64,000 bases of DNA from sequence record OL631483.1; one strand, written 5' to 3'. This document shows, one piece after another, positions 31,005 through 43,053 of the stretch (positions within the stretch are counted from its first letter, which is position 1; each line of letters starts with the position of its first letter). The notes beneath the pieces were generated by a model, which did no database searches, had not been told where the DNA came from, and saw only the letters and a program-made list of their open reading frames with translations. The position numbers and the translations under genes are program-made. The DNA comes from Escherichia phage ECML-363.

Positions 31005-31354
31005 TTAGAAAGGTCCTGGATGTCTTCTGCGAACTTGTTGAAGGAGTTGTTGATTTGTTTTTCAACCAATCCTGGCTTACGAGCCACCACATCCGCCTTC
31101 TTTGCATCTTTGCGCAGTTTTTCATTTTCACGCTCAATAGCAGCAATCGCCTCACGATTTTTATTATTCATCGCATCAATATAATTATACTGAATTCGCA
31201 AATTATTTAATGCTAAGGCGTTTTCATTGGCCGTTTTTGTAATTTCTACAACAGACGTTTCTAATCTTTCTACCTTATTTTTTAAAATAATAGATGTTCC
31301 GCCAAATGCTATTACAAGTAATAGCAATCCAGCTGTAAAATTACTTACATGCAT
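31001..31354 (-). CDS. pseT.3: Inner-membrane spanin, Rz equivalent
   Basis: 117-aa ORF with N-terminal TM helix (FTAGLLLLVIAFGGTSIIL) followed by predicted coiled-coil region. Confidence 0.7.
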   Translation of the reverse strand: MHVSNFTAGLLLLVIAFGGTSIILKNKVERLETSVVEITKTANENALALNNLRIQYNYIDAMNNKNREAIAAIERENEKLRKDAKKADVVARKPGLVEKQINNSFNKFAEDIQDLSK

Positions 31355-31851
31355 AAAGTTTTAATAACCTCTATAATATCGTCTTGAGAAAGACCGTTAA
31401 TTAAAATATGATGTTCAGCCGGAGATTTAGAAATTTTAAAGCACGCCGCAACATCTTCTGCCATATCCGATGCGCTACGATTTGGATTACTAATTCCAAG
31501 ACGATGCTTTCCTGTCAAAGGATTAACGATGATATAGCATTTGCAGCTATTGATATGAACATTAGGTTGAGTCTGATTAATAAACACTTCACAATCATAC
31601 TTAGCGAGTTGATTTTCTAAAAAGACTTTCATCTCCTCAACCGCATCAGGAAGCATATCACGGGCTTGCTCAAGACGACGATTTCGATATTCTTTAATGG
31701 TCGTTTTCCGCTTGACTTGCTTAGCTAAATCTTTCTTAAGATCGGTGATATATCCAACTCGACGATTTCCTTTGAATACAGAAATCCCATCTGTAGTATC
31801 ACCGTATGCTTCAACGACCATTTCAGTAGTAATAAGCTGCAAATCCATCAT
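31345..31851 (-). CDS. alc: Alc, inhibitor of transcription on cytosine-containing DNA
   Basis: 167/168-aa ORF MDLQLITTEMVVEAYGDTTDGISVFKGNRRVGYITDLKKDLAKQVKRK...; double ATG start. Confidence 0.9.
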   Translation of the reverse strand: MMDLQLITTEMVVEAYGDTTDGISVFKGNRRVGYITDLKKDLAKQVKRKTTIKEYRNRRLEQARDMLPDAVEEMKVFLENQLAKYDCEVFINQTQPNVHINSCKCYIIVNPLTGKHRLGISNPNRSASDMAEDVAACFKISKSPAEHHILINGLSQDDIIEVIKTLCM

Positions 31852-31879
31852 AAAGTCCTCATGTTATGTCAGTAAGACT

Positions 31880-31909
31880 ACTATAACACAACATGAGGGA
31901 CTTGTAAAC
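31880..31909 (-). promoter_or_regulatory. T4-type early promoter (GTTTACA -17 bp- TATAGT) upstream of alc
   Basis: Minus-sense GTTTACAAGTCCCTCATGTTGTGTTATAGT; near-identical copy of the module at 16061-16112. Confidence 0.6.
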
Positions 31910-31912
31910 AGC

Positions 31913-33500
<1,588 letters not shown>

Positions 33501-33507
33501 AATAAAA

Positions 33508-33521
33508 TGGGCCTTGCGGCC
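33508..33521 (-). terminator. Hairpin GGGCC-TTGC-GGCCC between nrdB and denA
   Basis: 5-bp GC stem. Confidence 0.4.
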
Positions 33522-33527
33522 CACTCC

Positions 33528-34706
33528 TTAAAAGTATTTTTTAAAACTCATCATAACTTTATCATCAACATCATTATCAATCTGTGCAACAAGATAAGAT
33601 GACAGTTCTACTTCTTGTGGCGCGGATTGAACATTATCAGAATTAAGGTATTCACGAATCCAAGGATATGGATGTTTAACCGGAGCATCGGTAATTGGGC
33701 ATGGAAGACCACACTGTTTCATACGAGATACAGTTAAGTAATCAATAAAGCTCCACATGCTATTTGTATTTAATCCAGGAACATCGCCATCTTTAAATAA
33801 ATGAACTGCCCAATCTTTTTCTTGGCGGTTAACTTCCATGAAAATATCAACTGCTTCTTGTTCACACTCTTGAGCAATTTTAACCCATTCATCACCATCA
33901 GTGCCAAGTTGGAGCTGACGAATAATATACTGGGTGCCTTTAAGGTGGAGTTGTTCGTCTCGAGCAATGAATTTCATAATCTTCGCATTACCTTCCATGA
34001 TTTCCATATTTTTATGGAAGTTGAAAGTACATGCAAAGGATACATAAAAACGAATAGCTTCCAGGGCATTGATAACATGAAGGCAGAGATAAAGCGACTT
34101 CATCAATGCATATTTACATTCTTCCACATGCATAAGACTATTTGAATATGCATCTAAATCATATTCATTTTCGGAAAAACATTTAAAAATTTCTTTTGCA
34201 TTTTCCCATTCGCGCGTCTTAACCAGAACATCATCATAATAACGACCAATAGATTCAGCACGTTTCATGATAGCTTTATCTAATACAATCTCATCAAATA
34301 CCTTTGACGGATCAGTATAAAGATTTCGCATAATATGAGTGTATGAACGACTGTGAATAGTTTCACTAAAAGTCCATGTAGCAACCCATGTATCAAGACT
34401 TGGGTCTGAAATTAACGACATAAGTACAGCAGACGGTGCACGACCCTGAATGCTATCTAGAAGTGATTGATACTTCAGGTTATTAGTAAAAATATCTTGC
34501 TGATATTGAGGAAGCTTGTTAAATTGCGCAGCATCCATCATTAAGTTTACTTCTTCAGGACGCCAGAAAAATGATAATTGCTTTTCGGTTAAATCTTCAA
34601 AAACTTTATGGCGTTGAATATCATAACGCGCAATACCAAGACCTGAACCAAAAAACATAGGTTCTTTTAAAACATCAACTGGATTTGTATTAAAAACTGT
34701 GCTCAT
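33528..34706 (-). CDS. nrdB: Ribonucleotide reductase small subunit, uninterrupted
   Basis: 392-aa continuous ORF with diiron ligand motifs (EAIRFYVSF, ARDEQLHLKG); no intron-sized insertion. Confidence 0.95.
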   Translation of the reverse strand: MSTVFNTNPVDVLKEPMFFGSGLGIARYDIQRHKVFEDLTEKQLSFFWRPEEVNLMMDAAQFNKLPQYQQDIFTNNLKYQSLLDSIQGRAPSAVLMSLISDPSLDTWVATWTFSETIHSRSYTHIMRNLYTDPSKVFDEIVLDKAIMKRAESIGRYYDDVLVKTREWENAKEIFKCFSENEYDLDAYSNSLMHVEECKYALMKSLYLCLHVINALEAIRFYVSFACTFNFHKNMEIMEGNAKIMKFIARDEQLHLKGTQYIIRQLQLGTDGDEWVKIAQECEQEAVDIFMEVNRQEKDWAVHLFKDGDVPGLNTNSMWSFIDYLTVSRMKQCGLPCPITDAPVKHPYPWIREYLNSDNVQSAPQEVELSSYLVAQIDNDVDDKVMMSFKKYF

Positions 34707-34757
34707 AAATTTTCCACTTAGTTAATAGACAGTGACTCGTCCATGAGTCAAATTATA

Positions 34758-37022
34758 TCATAATTTACAGGATGAACAATCTTCAGCTTTTGGAGTTTCT
34801 ATTTCATAATCATCAGTACCAGAACCATCACGGGTATTATGATAATAGAAATTTTTTCCGCCAAAATACCAAAAATACAAAAGGTCATCAATCATTATTG
34901 ACATTGGAACCTTTCCTTTTGGAAAAATCTGTGGGTCATAGTATGTATTCGCCGAAGCTGATTGACAAACCCATTTCAGCATAATAGCTACCTGCGTGAG
35001 ATAAGGTTTATTACCTTTCTTAGCTAATTTCCATGTATAATCATAGAGGTCTATGTTATGCTCAATATTGGGCACGACTTGATTAAAGGAGCCCTCTTTT
35101 GATTCTTTAACAGAGACTGGTCCACGTGGAGGCTCGATACCGTTTGTACTGTTAGAAACTTGGGAAGATGACTCACATGGCATAAGTGCTGATAATGTGC
35201 TATTACGGATGCCAAAGAGCTTAAGGTCTTCCCGCAGCGACGACCAGTCACAAACGTATTTTGGAGCTGCGATTTGGTCAATCTTTTTATTGTACCAGTC
35301 GATAGGTAATTCGCCTCGAGACCAACGAGTGTCTGAATAATATTCGCAAGGTCCTTTTTCTTTGGCGAGCTTAATGGATGCTTTAATGAGTCCATACTGT
35401 AATCTCTCAAATAGTTCATGTGTTAAATCGTTAGCATCTTCATAAGAAGCAAAGTTACTTGCCAGCCAAGCTGCATAGTTGGTAACACCTACACCGAGGT
35501 TACGACGCTTTTTAGCTTTTTCTGCTTCAGGAACTGGATATCCTTGGTAATCCAAAAGATTATCAAGAGCACGAACTTGGACTTCTGCCAATTCATTAAT
35601 TTTATCTTGGTCTTGCCAGTCAAAATTATCCAGTACGAATGCAGAGAGAGTACACAATCCAATTTCAGCATCGGGGCTATTCACATCATTTGTTGGAATA
35701 GCAATTTCACAGCACAAGTTACTCTGACGAATAGGTGCTTTTTCACGAATAAACGGAGTATAGTTATTCGTATTATCAATGAACTGTACATAAATCCTTG
35801 CTGTTCCTGAACGTTCAGTCATGAGCAATTCAAATAGTTCACGGGCTTTAATACGTTTTTTACGAATATTAGGGTCTTTTTCTGCTGCTTCGTATAATTC
35901 ACGGAAACGGTCTTGGTCTTTAAAATAAGAATAATAAAGCTCGCCACCCATTTCATGCGGACTGAACAAAGTAATGTAATCGTTCTTTCCGAATCGTTCC
36001 ATCATCAAATCATTCAGCTGAACACCATAATCCATATGACGAATACGGTTTTCTTCAACACCTTTGTTATTTTTTAGAACGAGAAGATTTTCAACTTCCA
36101 AATGCCAAATAGGATAATAAGCAGTAGCAGCGCCGCCACGAATTCCACCCTGTGAGCATGATTTAACAGCAGTCTGAAAATGTTTCCAAAAAGGAATAAC
36201 ACCAGTATGGCGGACTTCACCCATGCCAATCTTAGAACCTTCGGCACGAATCATACCAACGTTAATACCAATTCCAGCGCGTTTAGAGATATATTCAACA
36301 ATTGAAGCTGAAGCCTTATTAATAGACTTCAGCGAATCACCTGCCTCAATAACAACACATGAACTAAACTGTCGAGTCGGAGTACGACAACCAGCCATAA
36401 TAGGAGTTGGTAATGAAATCTGTCGAGTAGATACTGCTTCATAAAAACGAATAACATGTTTTAATCTATCAACAGGTTCATCTTGATGCAGTGCCATTCC
36501 AATAGTCATAAATGCAAACTGCGGAGTTTCATAAATTTGACCAGTGGTTTTATCTTTAACTAGATATTTTTCTTTTAATTGCATCGCACCGGAATAAGTA
36601 AATTCCATATCCCGCTCGTGCTTAATTTTTGATTCTAAAAATGTAATTTCTTCTGCTGAATATTTTGACAGCAGTTCAGGGTCATATTTACCTTCATTTA
36701 CACAGTAAGAAATATGGTCAATAAATGAACGTGGTTCATATTGTCCGTAAACATGCTTACGAAGAGCAAACATTAAACAGCGAGCGGCTACGTATTGATA
36801 ATCAGGCTCTTCAACTGAAATAGAATTCGCAGCAGCCTTAATTACAATGGTTTGAATGTCATCAGTGGTCATTCCATCACGGAGATATGATTTAATATTT
36901 TCATATAATTCATAAGGATCTACAGATGTTCCTTCGGCTGCCCAAGATAAAACTTTAATAATTTTTTGCGGGTCAAAGCTCTGAGAAACACCACTACTTT
37001 TGATAACATTAATTAATTGCAT
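34758..37022 (-). CDS. nrdA: Ribonucleotide reductase large subunit
   Basis: 754-aa ORF; ATP-cone N-terminus, catalytic NLCCEI motif, C-terminal CSSCKL tail. Confidence 0.97.
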   Translation of the reverse strand: MQLINVIKSSGVSQSFDPQKIIKVLSWAAEGTSVDPYELYENIKSYLRDGMTTDDIQTIVIKAAANSISVEEPDYQYVAARCLMFALRKHVYGQYEPRSFIDHISYCVNEGKYDPELLSKYSAEEITFLESKIKHERDMEFTYSGAMQLKEKYLVKDKTTGQIYETPQFAFMTIGMALHQDEPVDRLKHVIRFYEAVSTRQISLPTPIMAGCRTPTRQFSSCVVIEAGDSLKSINKASASIVEYISKRAGIGINVGMIRAEGSKIGMGEVRHTGVIPFWKHFQTAVKSCSQGGIRGGAATAYYPIWHLEVENLLVLKNNKGVEENRIRHMDYGVQLNDLMMERFGKNDYITLFSPHEMGGELYYSYFKDQDRFRELYEAAEKDPNIRKKRIKARELFELLMTERSGTARIYVQFIDNTNNYTPFIREKAPIRQSNLCCEIAIPTNDVNSPDAEIGLCTLSAFVLDNFDWQDQDKINELAEVQVRALDNLLDYQGYPVPEAEKAKKRRNLGVGVTNYAAWLASNFASYEDANDLTHELFERLQYGLIKASIKLAKEKGPCEYYSDTRWSRGELPIDWYNKKIDQIAAPKYVCDWSSLREDLKLFGIRNSTLSALMPCESSSQVSNSTNGIEPPRGPVSVKESKEGSFNQVVPNIEHNIDLYDYTWKLAKKGNKPYLTQVAIMLKWVCQSASANTYYDPQIFPKGKVPMSIMIDDLLYFWYFGGKNFYYHNTRDGSGTDDYEIETPKAEDCSSCKL

Positions 37023-37339
37023 AAGTCCTCAACTTGAAAATCGTCTTTAAACAATCGGTTAACTATATGAGCTATTATATCACCATGACACGGCTTTGGT
37101 TTACATGTGCATCCTAGCCTCATTCCACGTAAAGGCTCTAAATGTGCTTTAGTTATTTCTCCGGATTTAATTCGACGTATAAAATCTTTTTTGAATAATT
37201 CAATGGCAGCCTCCCGGCTGCCAGCATCTTTACCGACGTAATTTCCCCAAAATGTACCACGGTGAATATTAACATCAAAGTCGGATTTATATTTATTCAC
37301 TACCTGGCATAGACGGCCCGCGCGGCGATAATTCGTCAT
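37013..37339 (-). CDS. Hypothetical protein (nrdA.1 position)
   Basis: 108-aa ORF. Confidence 0.6.
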   Translation of the reverse strand: MTNYRRAGRLCQVVNKYKSDFDVNIHRGTFWGNYVGKDAGSREAAIELFKKDFIRRIKSGEITKAHLEPLRGMRLGCTCKPKPCHGDIIAHIVNRLFKDDFQVEDLCN

Positions 37340-37556
37340 ATTGTTTTTCCGTTAATACAGTAATATCATAGTAACAATCGGAAGAAGTTTTAACTGTGGA
37401 AATTTTATTATCAAAATACTCACGAGTCATTTTATGAGTATAGTATTTTTTACCATAAATGGTAATAGGCTGTTCTGGTCCTGGAACTTCTAACTCGCTT
37501 GGGTTAGGAAGTGTAAAAAGAACGGCACCAGAAGTATCTTTAAATCGTAAAATCAT
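37293..37556 (-). CDS. Hypothetical protein (nrdA.2 position)
   Basis: 87-aa ORF. Confidence 0.55.
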   Translation of the reverse strand: MILRFKDTSGAVLFTLPNPSELEVPGPEQPITIYGKKYYTHKMTREYFDNKISTVKTSSDCYYDITVLTEKQYDELSPRGPSMPGSE

Positions 37557-38413
37557 ATTGCCATTTTCCCTTTAATTGCTGGATGCGATTCATAATTTTC
37601 AAGGATAAAATCTTTCGGTTTCATGTATTCAGTTAACCAGTAAAGCTGTGTTTCGGTGTCACAATTTTCAAACTCTATAGGCCAATCAATTTTAAGTTCG
37701 CACAGTTCTTTAGGCTCACGGCGTAAAATTTCTTTACATTGTTCTACGTGATTCATATAGATATGAGTATTACCACCAGAAAATATCAAATCTCCTGGGA
37801 TAAGATTACACATCTTAGCCATAATATGCGTCAAGGCAGCGTACGAGGCAATGTTGAATGGCAAGCCCAAGAAAACATCTACACTTCTTTGGTACCATTG
37901 TAAATCAAGATAACCATTACGCACATTAAACTGATAGAACATATGACAGGGCGGTAATGCCATTTGATTGATTTCAGCTGGATTCCATGCTGAAACGATT
38001 TGACGTCGATCAGTTGGTAATTTTTTAATACGATCAATAGTTTCAACTAATTGATCCACACCACCGAAATCACGCCATTGTTTACCGTATATAGGACCAA
38101 GTTCACCACTATGATATCCTAGGTCTTTAGCTTGGTTTTCATAATTGTCATCCCAGATAGTTTTACCTTGAATAAGACTACCATGAGTAAGAAGACGTAA
38201 ATCATTAACATTGGTAGAACCAGAAATAAACCATAAAAGCTCAGCAATGCATGCATTCCAGGCGAGCTTTTTAGTTGTTACTGCAGGAAAGCCTTTAGTT
38301 AAATCCCAGCGTAATTTAGTACCGAACAAAGCAATTGTTCCTGTGCCTGTTCGGTCATCAGTTTCATAGCCATTTTCAAAAATGTCTTTAATTAAATCTT
38401 GGTATTGTTTCAT
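37553..38413 (-). CDS. td: Thymidylate synthase, uninterrupted
   Basis: 286-aa continuous ORF with TS active-site region ([33 protein letters not shown]). Confidence 0.97.
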   Translation of the reverse strand: MKQYQDLIKDIFENGYETDDRTGTGTIALFGTKLRWDLTKGFPAVTTKKLAWNACIAELLWFISGSTNVNDLRLLTHGSLIQGKTIWDDNYENQAKDLGYHSGELGPIYGKQWRDFGGVDQLVETIDRIKKLPTDRRQIVSAWNPAEINQMALPPCHMFYQFNVRNGYLDLQWYQRSVDVFLGLPFNIASYAALTHIMAKMCNLIPGDLIFSGGNTHIYMNHVEQCKEILRREPKELCELKIDWPIEFENCDTETQLYWLTEYMKPKDFILENYESHPAIKGKMAI

Positions 38414-38458
38414 TTAGTACCTTATATAAATTATAATACATTTTATGAAGCTAAATAA

Positions 38459-38806
38459 TCAATACGGTTTAGCATCAAATTTTCTCTCAATTTCAGGCGT
38501 GAAATATAATTCTTTACCGCGTTTGGAAAAGCGACCAATAATATGATAATTATTCTCATCAGACGTGATATTACCAATATCCATAGCTTTCAACCAAATA
38601 TCGATATTTCTATCCAACTTTATGTCAAAATTCCAATATGGAGAACTATTACCGAAAATACTGCAAGCGGATTCAGTAAAACAACTGCTATAAATCTTGT
38701 CTTTAGGAACTACTAATTGATAGACGCCTTTAATAAACTGAGGACCCTGCCATTTAGGTTGTTTCTCATCTTTTTCTAATAGAATAGGGTAATAATTAAA
38801 ATTCAT
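38459..38806 (-). CDS. Hypothetical protein between frd and td
   Basis: 115-aa ORF MNFNYYPILLEKDEKQPKWQGPQFIKGVYQ...; no motif recognised. Confidence 0.55.
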   Translation of the reverse strand: MNFNYYPILLEKDEKQPKWQGPQFIKGVYQLVVPKDKIYSSCFTESACSIFGNSSPYWNFDIKLDRNIDIWLKAMDIGNITSDENNYHIIGRFSKRGKELYFTPEIERKFDAKPY

Positions 38807-38825
38807 ATTTCCGCCACGCGTTATT

Positions 38826-39651
<826 letters not shown>

Positions 39652-39667
<16 letters not shown>

Positions 39668-40011
39668 TGAAAGGGGCCATAAGCAAATCCGCTATCTTTA
39701 ATCATTTTAATTAACGTTAACATTCCTTTGTTAACTGCTCGTGAGATTTCATCAAAAACTTCATCACTATCACCATAAAGATCGCTAAAAAGTTCTAACA
39801 CGTTCTTCTGAACTTTTAATTTACAACCAACAAATTCGCCTACAGTAAATTCGTTTCCGCCAACTCCAGCGTAAAACGTAATTACACCAGTTAATGGTCT
39901 TTCACTAGAACATAGGTCGTGTGATAAATTAATATAAGCCGTCCCGGGCGCAGTTTTAAGTTGGCAACGAATACTTACTCGAGAAATTCCAGCTACACGA
40001 ATGTCAGACAT
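39652..40011 (-). CDS. Hypothetical protein (frd.2 position)
   Basis: 119-aa ORF. Confidence 0.55.
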
Positions 40012-40021
40012 ATTATTTTCC

Positions 40022-40264
40022 TCAAACAGACTTTTTCACAATTTTCCAATCAGCTTTAAACTGATCAACATCAGAATGATAAATCCAAAATCCTGCGCTT
40101 TCACCATCTTCATAAAGCGGACATCCATCGCATTCATCTTCCCATCCCATATCACGTAAAAGATGTTCAGCTTTTTCAACAAGTTCAGAATCTTTACCGA
40201 TGATATTAAAATACCATTTACCTCTAACTTCCGAATCTTTGATGCTCTGACGTTGTAATCTCAT
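40022..40264 (-). CDS. Hypothetical protein (frd.3 position)
   Basis: 80-aa ORF. Confidence 0.55.
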   Translation of the reverse strand: MRLQRQSIKDSEVRGKWYFNIIGKDSELVEKAEHLLRDMGWEDECDGCPLYEDGESAGFWIYHSDVDQFKADWKIVKKSV

Positions 40265-40322
40265 TTTATTCTCCTCAAGTTGATAAGGCTATAGTATCAT
40301 TACCATAGCCTGTTGTAAACAT

Positions 40323-40583
40323 TTATTTTTGAATTTTATCGAGCCACTTACCAAGCTTAATCATTTCTTTAGTAGCCTTTTCCATACTTCTGAACTTAAC
40401 CAATAGAGGATAGGTATCGACACCCATAACTAAATTGGTTGCAAGACTGTGTTCACCCACAAGCCATAACGAATACGTTTGAATATCGAGTCCGTAATTT
40501 CTGTCTTTATGGACCCGTACACCCATCACTTCAAATTTCTCACTAGCTTTTTCTACCGCATCCAGGAAATCATCTTTAGTCAT
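40323..40583 (-). CDS. Hypothetical protein
   Basis: Probable start at MTKDDFLDAVEK... (~86 aa), just after stop of upstream ORF. Confidence 0.45.
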   Translation of the reverse strand: MTKDDFLDAVEKASEKFEVMGVRVHKDRNYGLDIQTYSLWLVGEHSLATNLVMGVDTYPLLVKFRSMEKATKEMIKLGKWLDKIQK

Positions 40584-40584
40584 A

Positions 40585-40971
40585 TTAGGCCTTAAAAGTT
40601 TTTCGCAAAAGTTCAATGATTTCATCTACATTGTTTTCGTCAACAATACAGTGAATTTTTGTTACGCCAGAAACTATACCTTCATTAGCGGATTGAGGCT
40701 TTTCTAAAGTTACCTCAGTAAAGTATTTGAATTCTTCAGAGTAAATCTCAAAATACGTCTCAAGTGGGCCACCAGCCATGTATTCAGTGCCATCTTCCAT
40801 AGTTACACGTACCACACAGTCACCAGCACAATCATCACTTTCCATTTCATCTACAACAAAACTAGGTCCGTGCTTCTCTATTAAATTTAGCATCATTACA
40901 TTGCAACGGCACTCGTTAGCAAAGTCATTTTTAAATAAAGGGTTAATGATATAAGTTTTTCCAACTTCCAT
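40585..40971 (-). CDS. Hypothetical protein
   Basis: 128-aa ORF MEVGKTYIINPLFKNDFANECRCNVMMLNLIEKHG... Confidence 0.55.
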   Translation of the reverse strand: MEVGKTYIINPLFKNDFANECRCNVMMLNLIEKHGPSFVVDEMESDDCAGDCVVRVTMEDGTEYMAGGPLETYFEIYSEEFKYFTEVTLEKPQSANEGIVSGVTKIHCIVDENNVDEIIELLRKTFKA

Positions 40972-41014
40972 TTTGATTTCCTCATTTTAATAGGGCTTGA
41001 TAGCCCCTTGATAA

Positions 41015-41245
41015 TTATTGTTCAATCAGTCCCATGTAAAATTCTGCGTCTTCAGAATCCATGCCATCACAATATTCATTAGCCATAAAGCGGGTAAGGT
41101 CTTCAAGAGGACCTTCAATGACAATAGAAAAATTGCAATAATTGGGATCATCATGAATACTTGTGATACTAAGTTCAGGATAACGATTACGAATAATCTC
41201 TTCAATATATTCAAAATCAACGATGTCAATATCAACTTTAGCCAT
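41015..41245 (-). CDS. Hypothetical acidic small protein
   Basis: Track ORF reads through promoter and terminator; true start [13 protein letters not shown]... (76 aa) with AAAGAGGAAAATAAT SD. Confidence 0.5.
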   Translation of the reverse strand: MAKVDIDIVDFEYIEEIIRNRYPELSITSIHDDPNYCNFSIVIEGPLEDLTRFMANEYCDGMDSEDAEFYMGLIEQ

Positions 41246-41288
41246 ATTATTTTCCTCTTTAATCATCAGCAGTATTGCCGATAGTTGT

Positions 41289-41318
41289 ATAGTACCATGG
41301 AAGGACAAGGATGTAAAC
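41289..41318 (-). promoter_or_regulatory. T4-type early promoter (GTTTACA -17 bp- TACTAT)
   Basis: Minus-sense A/T-rich upstream element, then GTTTACATCCTTGTCCTTCCATGGTACTAT. Confidence 0.5.
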
Positions 41319-41350
41319 AGTTTTGTGAAAAAATTTTTGAAATAAAAAAA

Positions 41351-41369
41351 GGGGACCTCTAGGGTCCCC
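41351..41369 (-). terminator. Hairpin terminator after gene 32 (GGGGACC-TCTA-GGGTCCCC)
   Basis: 7-bp GC stem followed (minus sense) by T-run. Confidence 0.65.
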
Positions 41370-41391
41370 AATTAATTAGTAATATAATCTA

Positions 41392-42300
41392 TTAAAGGTC
41401 ATTCAAAAGGTCATCCAGGTCCGTGTCATCAGCACTAGATGAACTGCCAGAGCTTGAGCTCATAAAATCATCTTCAGTTTTTGTTTTGAAGTCATCAACA
41501 TTGAATGCATCCAAATCATCAGCAACTTTATCAGCTTTCTTAGCAGCAGTTGCAGCGGCACCGCCCATCACAGCAGTTCCCATAACTTGACCGAATTTAG
41601 TATTCAGTTCTTCAAACGATTTGAATTTATCTTTAGAAGTCATTTCAGAAAGGTCAACCATTTGTTCGAACAGTTCTTTCTGGAAAGATTCATCATCAAT
41701 GTTTGGAATCGCAGATTGATTCAGGAATTTAGATTCGTCGTAGTTACTAAAACCAGAAACTTGTTTAACTTTCAGTACAAAGTTAGCACCTTCCCACGGA
41801 CAAGTTACATCAACCGGAGTTTCACCCATTTCAACATCAACTGCAATCATTGCGTTGATTTTATCCCAGATTTTCTTACCGAAACGGTATTTAAATACTT
41901 TACCTTCATTTTCTGGAGCAGCCGGGTCTTTTACTACAAGAATGTTAGCCCAGTAAGAAGTTTTACGTTTAACAAGACCGTATTCTTTATTGTCAGTGTT
42001 GTACAAATCATTTTTACTGATGTACTGACATACTGGACAAGAATCGTAATCACCGTGAGTAGATGAACAGTTTTCAATATACCATTTACCATTTTTCTTG
42101 AAACCGTGATTTACAAGAATTGCGAATGGTGCTTGTTCATCATTTTTAGACGGAAGAAAACGAATTACTGCTTGACCGTTACCCGCATTATCGAGTTTCA
42201 GTTTCCACTCGCCTTTATCTTCAGAAGAAAAACCACCTTTATTTCCAGCCAGTTTAGCCATTTGTGCAGCGAGTTCAGCAGTAGATTTACGTTTAAACAT
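41392..42300 (-). CDS. 32: Single-stranded DNA-binding protein gp32
   Basis: 302-aa [55 protein letters not shown]... with acidic Ser/Asp C-terminal tail. Confidence 0.97.
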   Translation of the reverse strand: MFKRKSTAELAAQMAKLAGNKGGFSSEDKGEWKLKLDNAGNGQAVIRFLPSKNDEQAPFAILVNHGFKKNGKWYIENCSSTHGDYDSCPVCQYISKNDLYNTDNKEYGLVKRKTSYWANILVVKDPAAPENEGKVFKYRFGKKIWDKINAMIAVDVEMGETPVDVTCPWEGANFVLKVKQVSGFSNYDESKFLNQSAIPNIDDESFQKELFEQMVDLSEMTSKDKFKSFEELNTKFGQVMGTAVMGGAAATAAKKADKVADDLDAFNVDDFKTKTEDDFMSSSSGSSSSADDTDLDDLLNDL

Positions 42301-42391
42301 TTTTATTTCCTTTTTAATTTAATTAACAGTTGGTGCTATGACGATGTATGACCTCATAGCTGGTCAGTGAGATAATTATAATCTATTTATA
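42301..42391 (-). promoter_or_regulatory. Gene 32 leader: A/U-rich translational operator region plus upstream late promoter (TATAAATA at 42384-42391)
   Basis: Minus-sense ...TATAAATAG...GACCAGCTATGAGGTCATACATCGTCATAGCACCAACTGTTAATTAAATTAAAAAGGAAATAAAA-ATG. Confidence 0.55.
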
Positions 42392-42399
42392 ATAAGCAA

Positions 42400-43053
42400 T
42401 TAATACTTGCAAGATTTCACAGTTTCAATGAAAACACTTTTAGCTTTCTGTGAATCAATATTTAAAATTTTTCTATAAGCCTTTAACTTTATAGAATAAT
42501 TATTCCAGACTAAATTATCAGTCTGTTCATCATGTTTATCGATTATATTTAAAAACGAATCAAGCAAGATAAACGTCTCAAACGAAATTATATTCGATTG
42601 AAGTAGTTTAAAAATATAACTTGATTGAACTTTTGGATTATACTCAAAGATTTCTTTAAAAGCAGAAACTTCAACTTTTTTACTAAAATAATAGATATTC
42701 CTAATATCTTCTTCAAACTTAAATTTAATTTGCTTTAAGCGTCCGATATATTCACGATAAAACACAAGTGCATCAGCGTCAGAGATGTCACCAATCCAAG
42801 CATCCTGGTTAGCAACCAAATTACTTATAAAGATTAAAGCAAGTTCCTTTAATTTATATTTTTCTGATAACTTCTGGAAAAAATACTTATCCCTTCGCTT
42901 TTGATAAGCGGCATCAGACACCCGCATGCACCAATTATACTTAATAACATCATACTTTCCATTCATATGTTGTTTTATCATTAAGTATAATTTATAAACT
43001 GATTTACCATCAATATATCTTTCACCTCCAGCAGGCATGCGGAGTTTAATCAT
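42400..43053 (-). CDS. 59: Helicase loader gp59
   Basis: 217-aa ORF MIKLRMPAGGERYIDGKSVYKLYLMIKQHMNGKYDVIKYNWCMRVSD... Confidence 0.95.
   Translation of the reverse strand: MIKLRMPAGGERYIDGKSVYKLYLMIKQHMNGKYDVIKYNWCMRVSDAAYQKRRDKYFFQKLSEKYKLKELALIFISNLVANQDAWIGDISDADALVFYREYIGRLKQIKFKFEEDIRNIYYFSKKVEVSAFKEIFEYNPKVQSSYIFKLLQSNIISFETFILLDSFLNIIDKHDEQTDNLVWNNYSIKLKAYRKILNIDSQKAKSVFIETVKSCKY

Noticed and set aside
41015-41371. N-terminal 42 residues of the 118-aa track ORF
   Set aside because: The extension runs through a terminator hairpin and an early promoter; the real start is the internal ATG at 41245 with a strong SD. The same applies to track ORFs at 61283-61492 and 61639-61995, and to TTG-initiated extensions at uvsW.1 and gp28.
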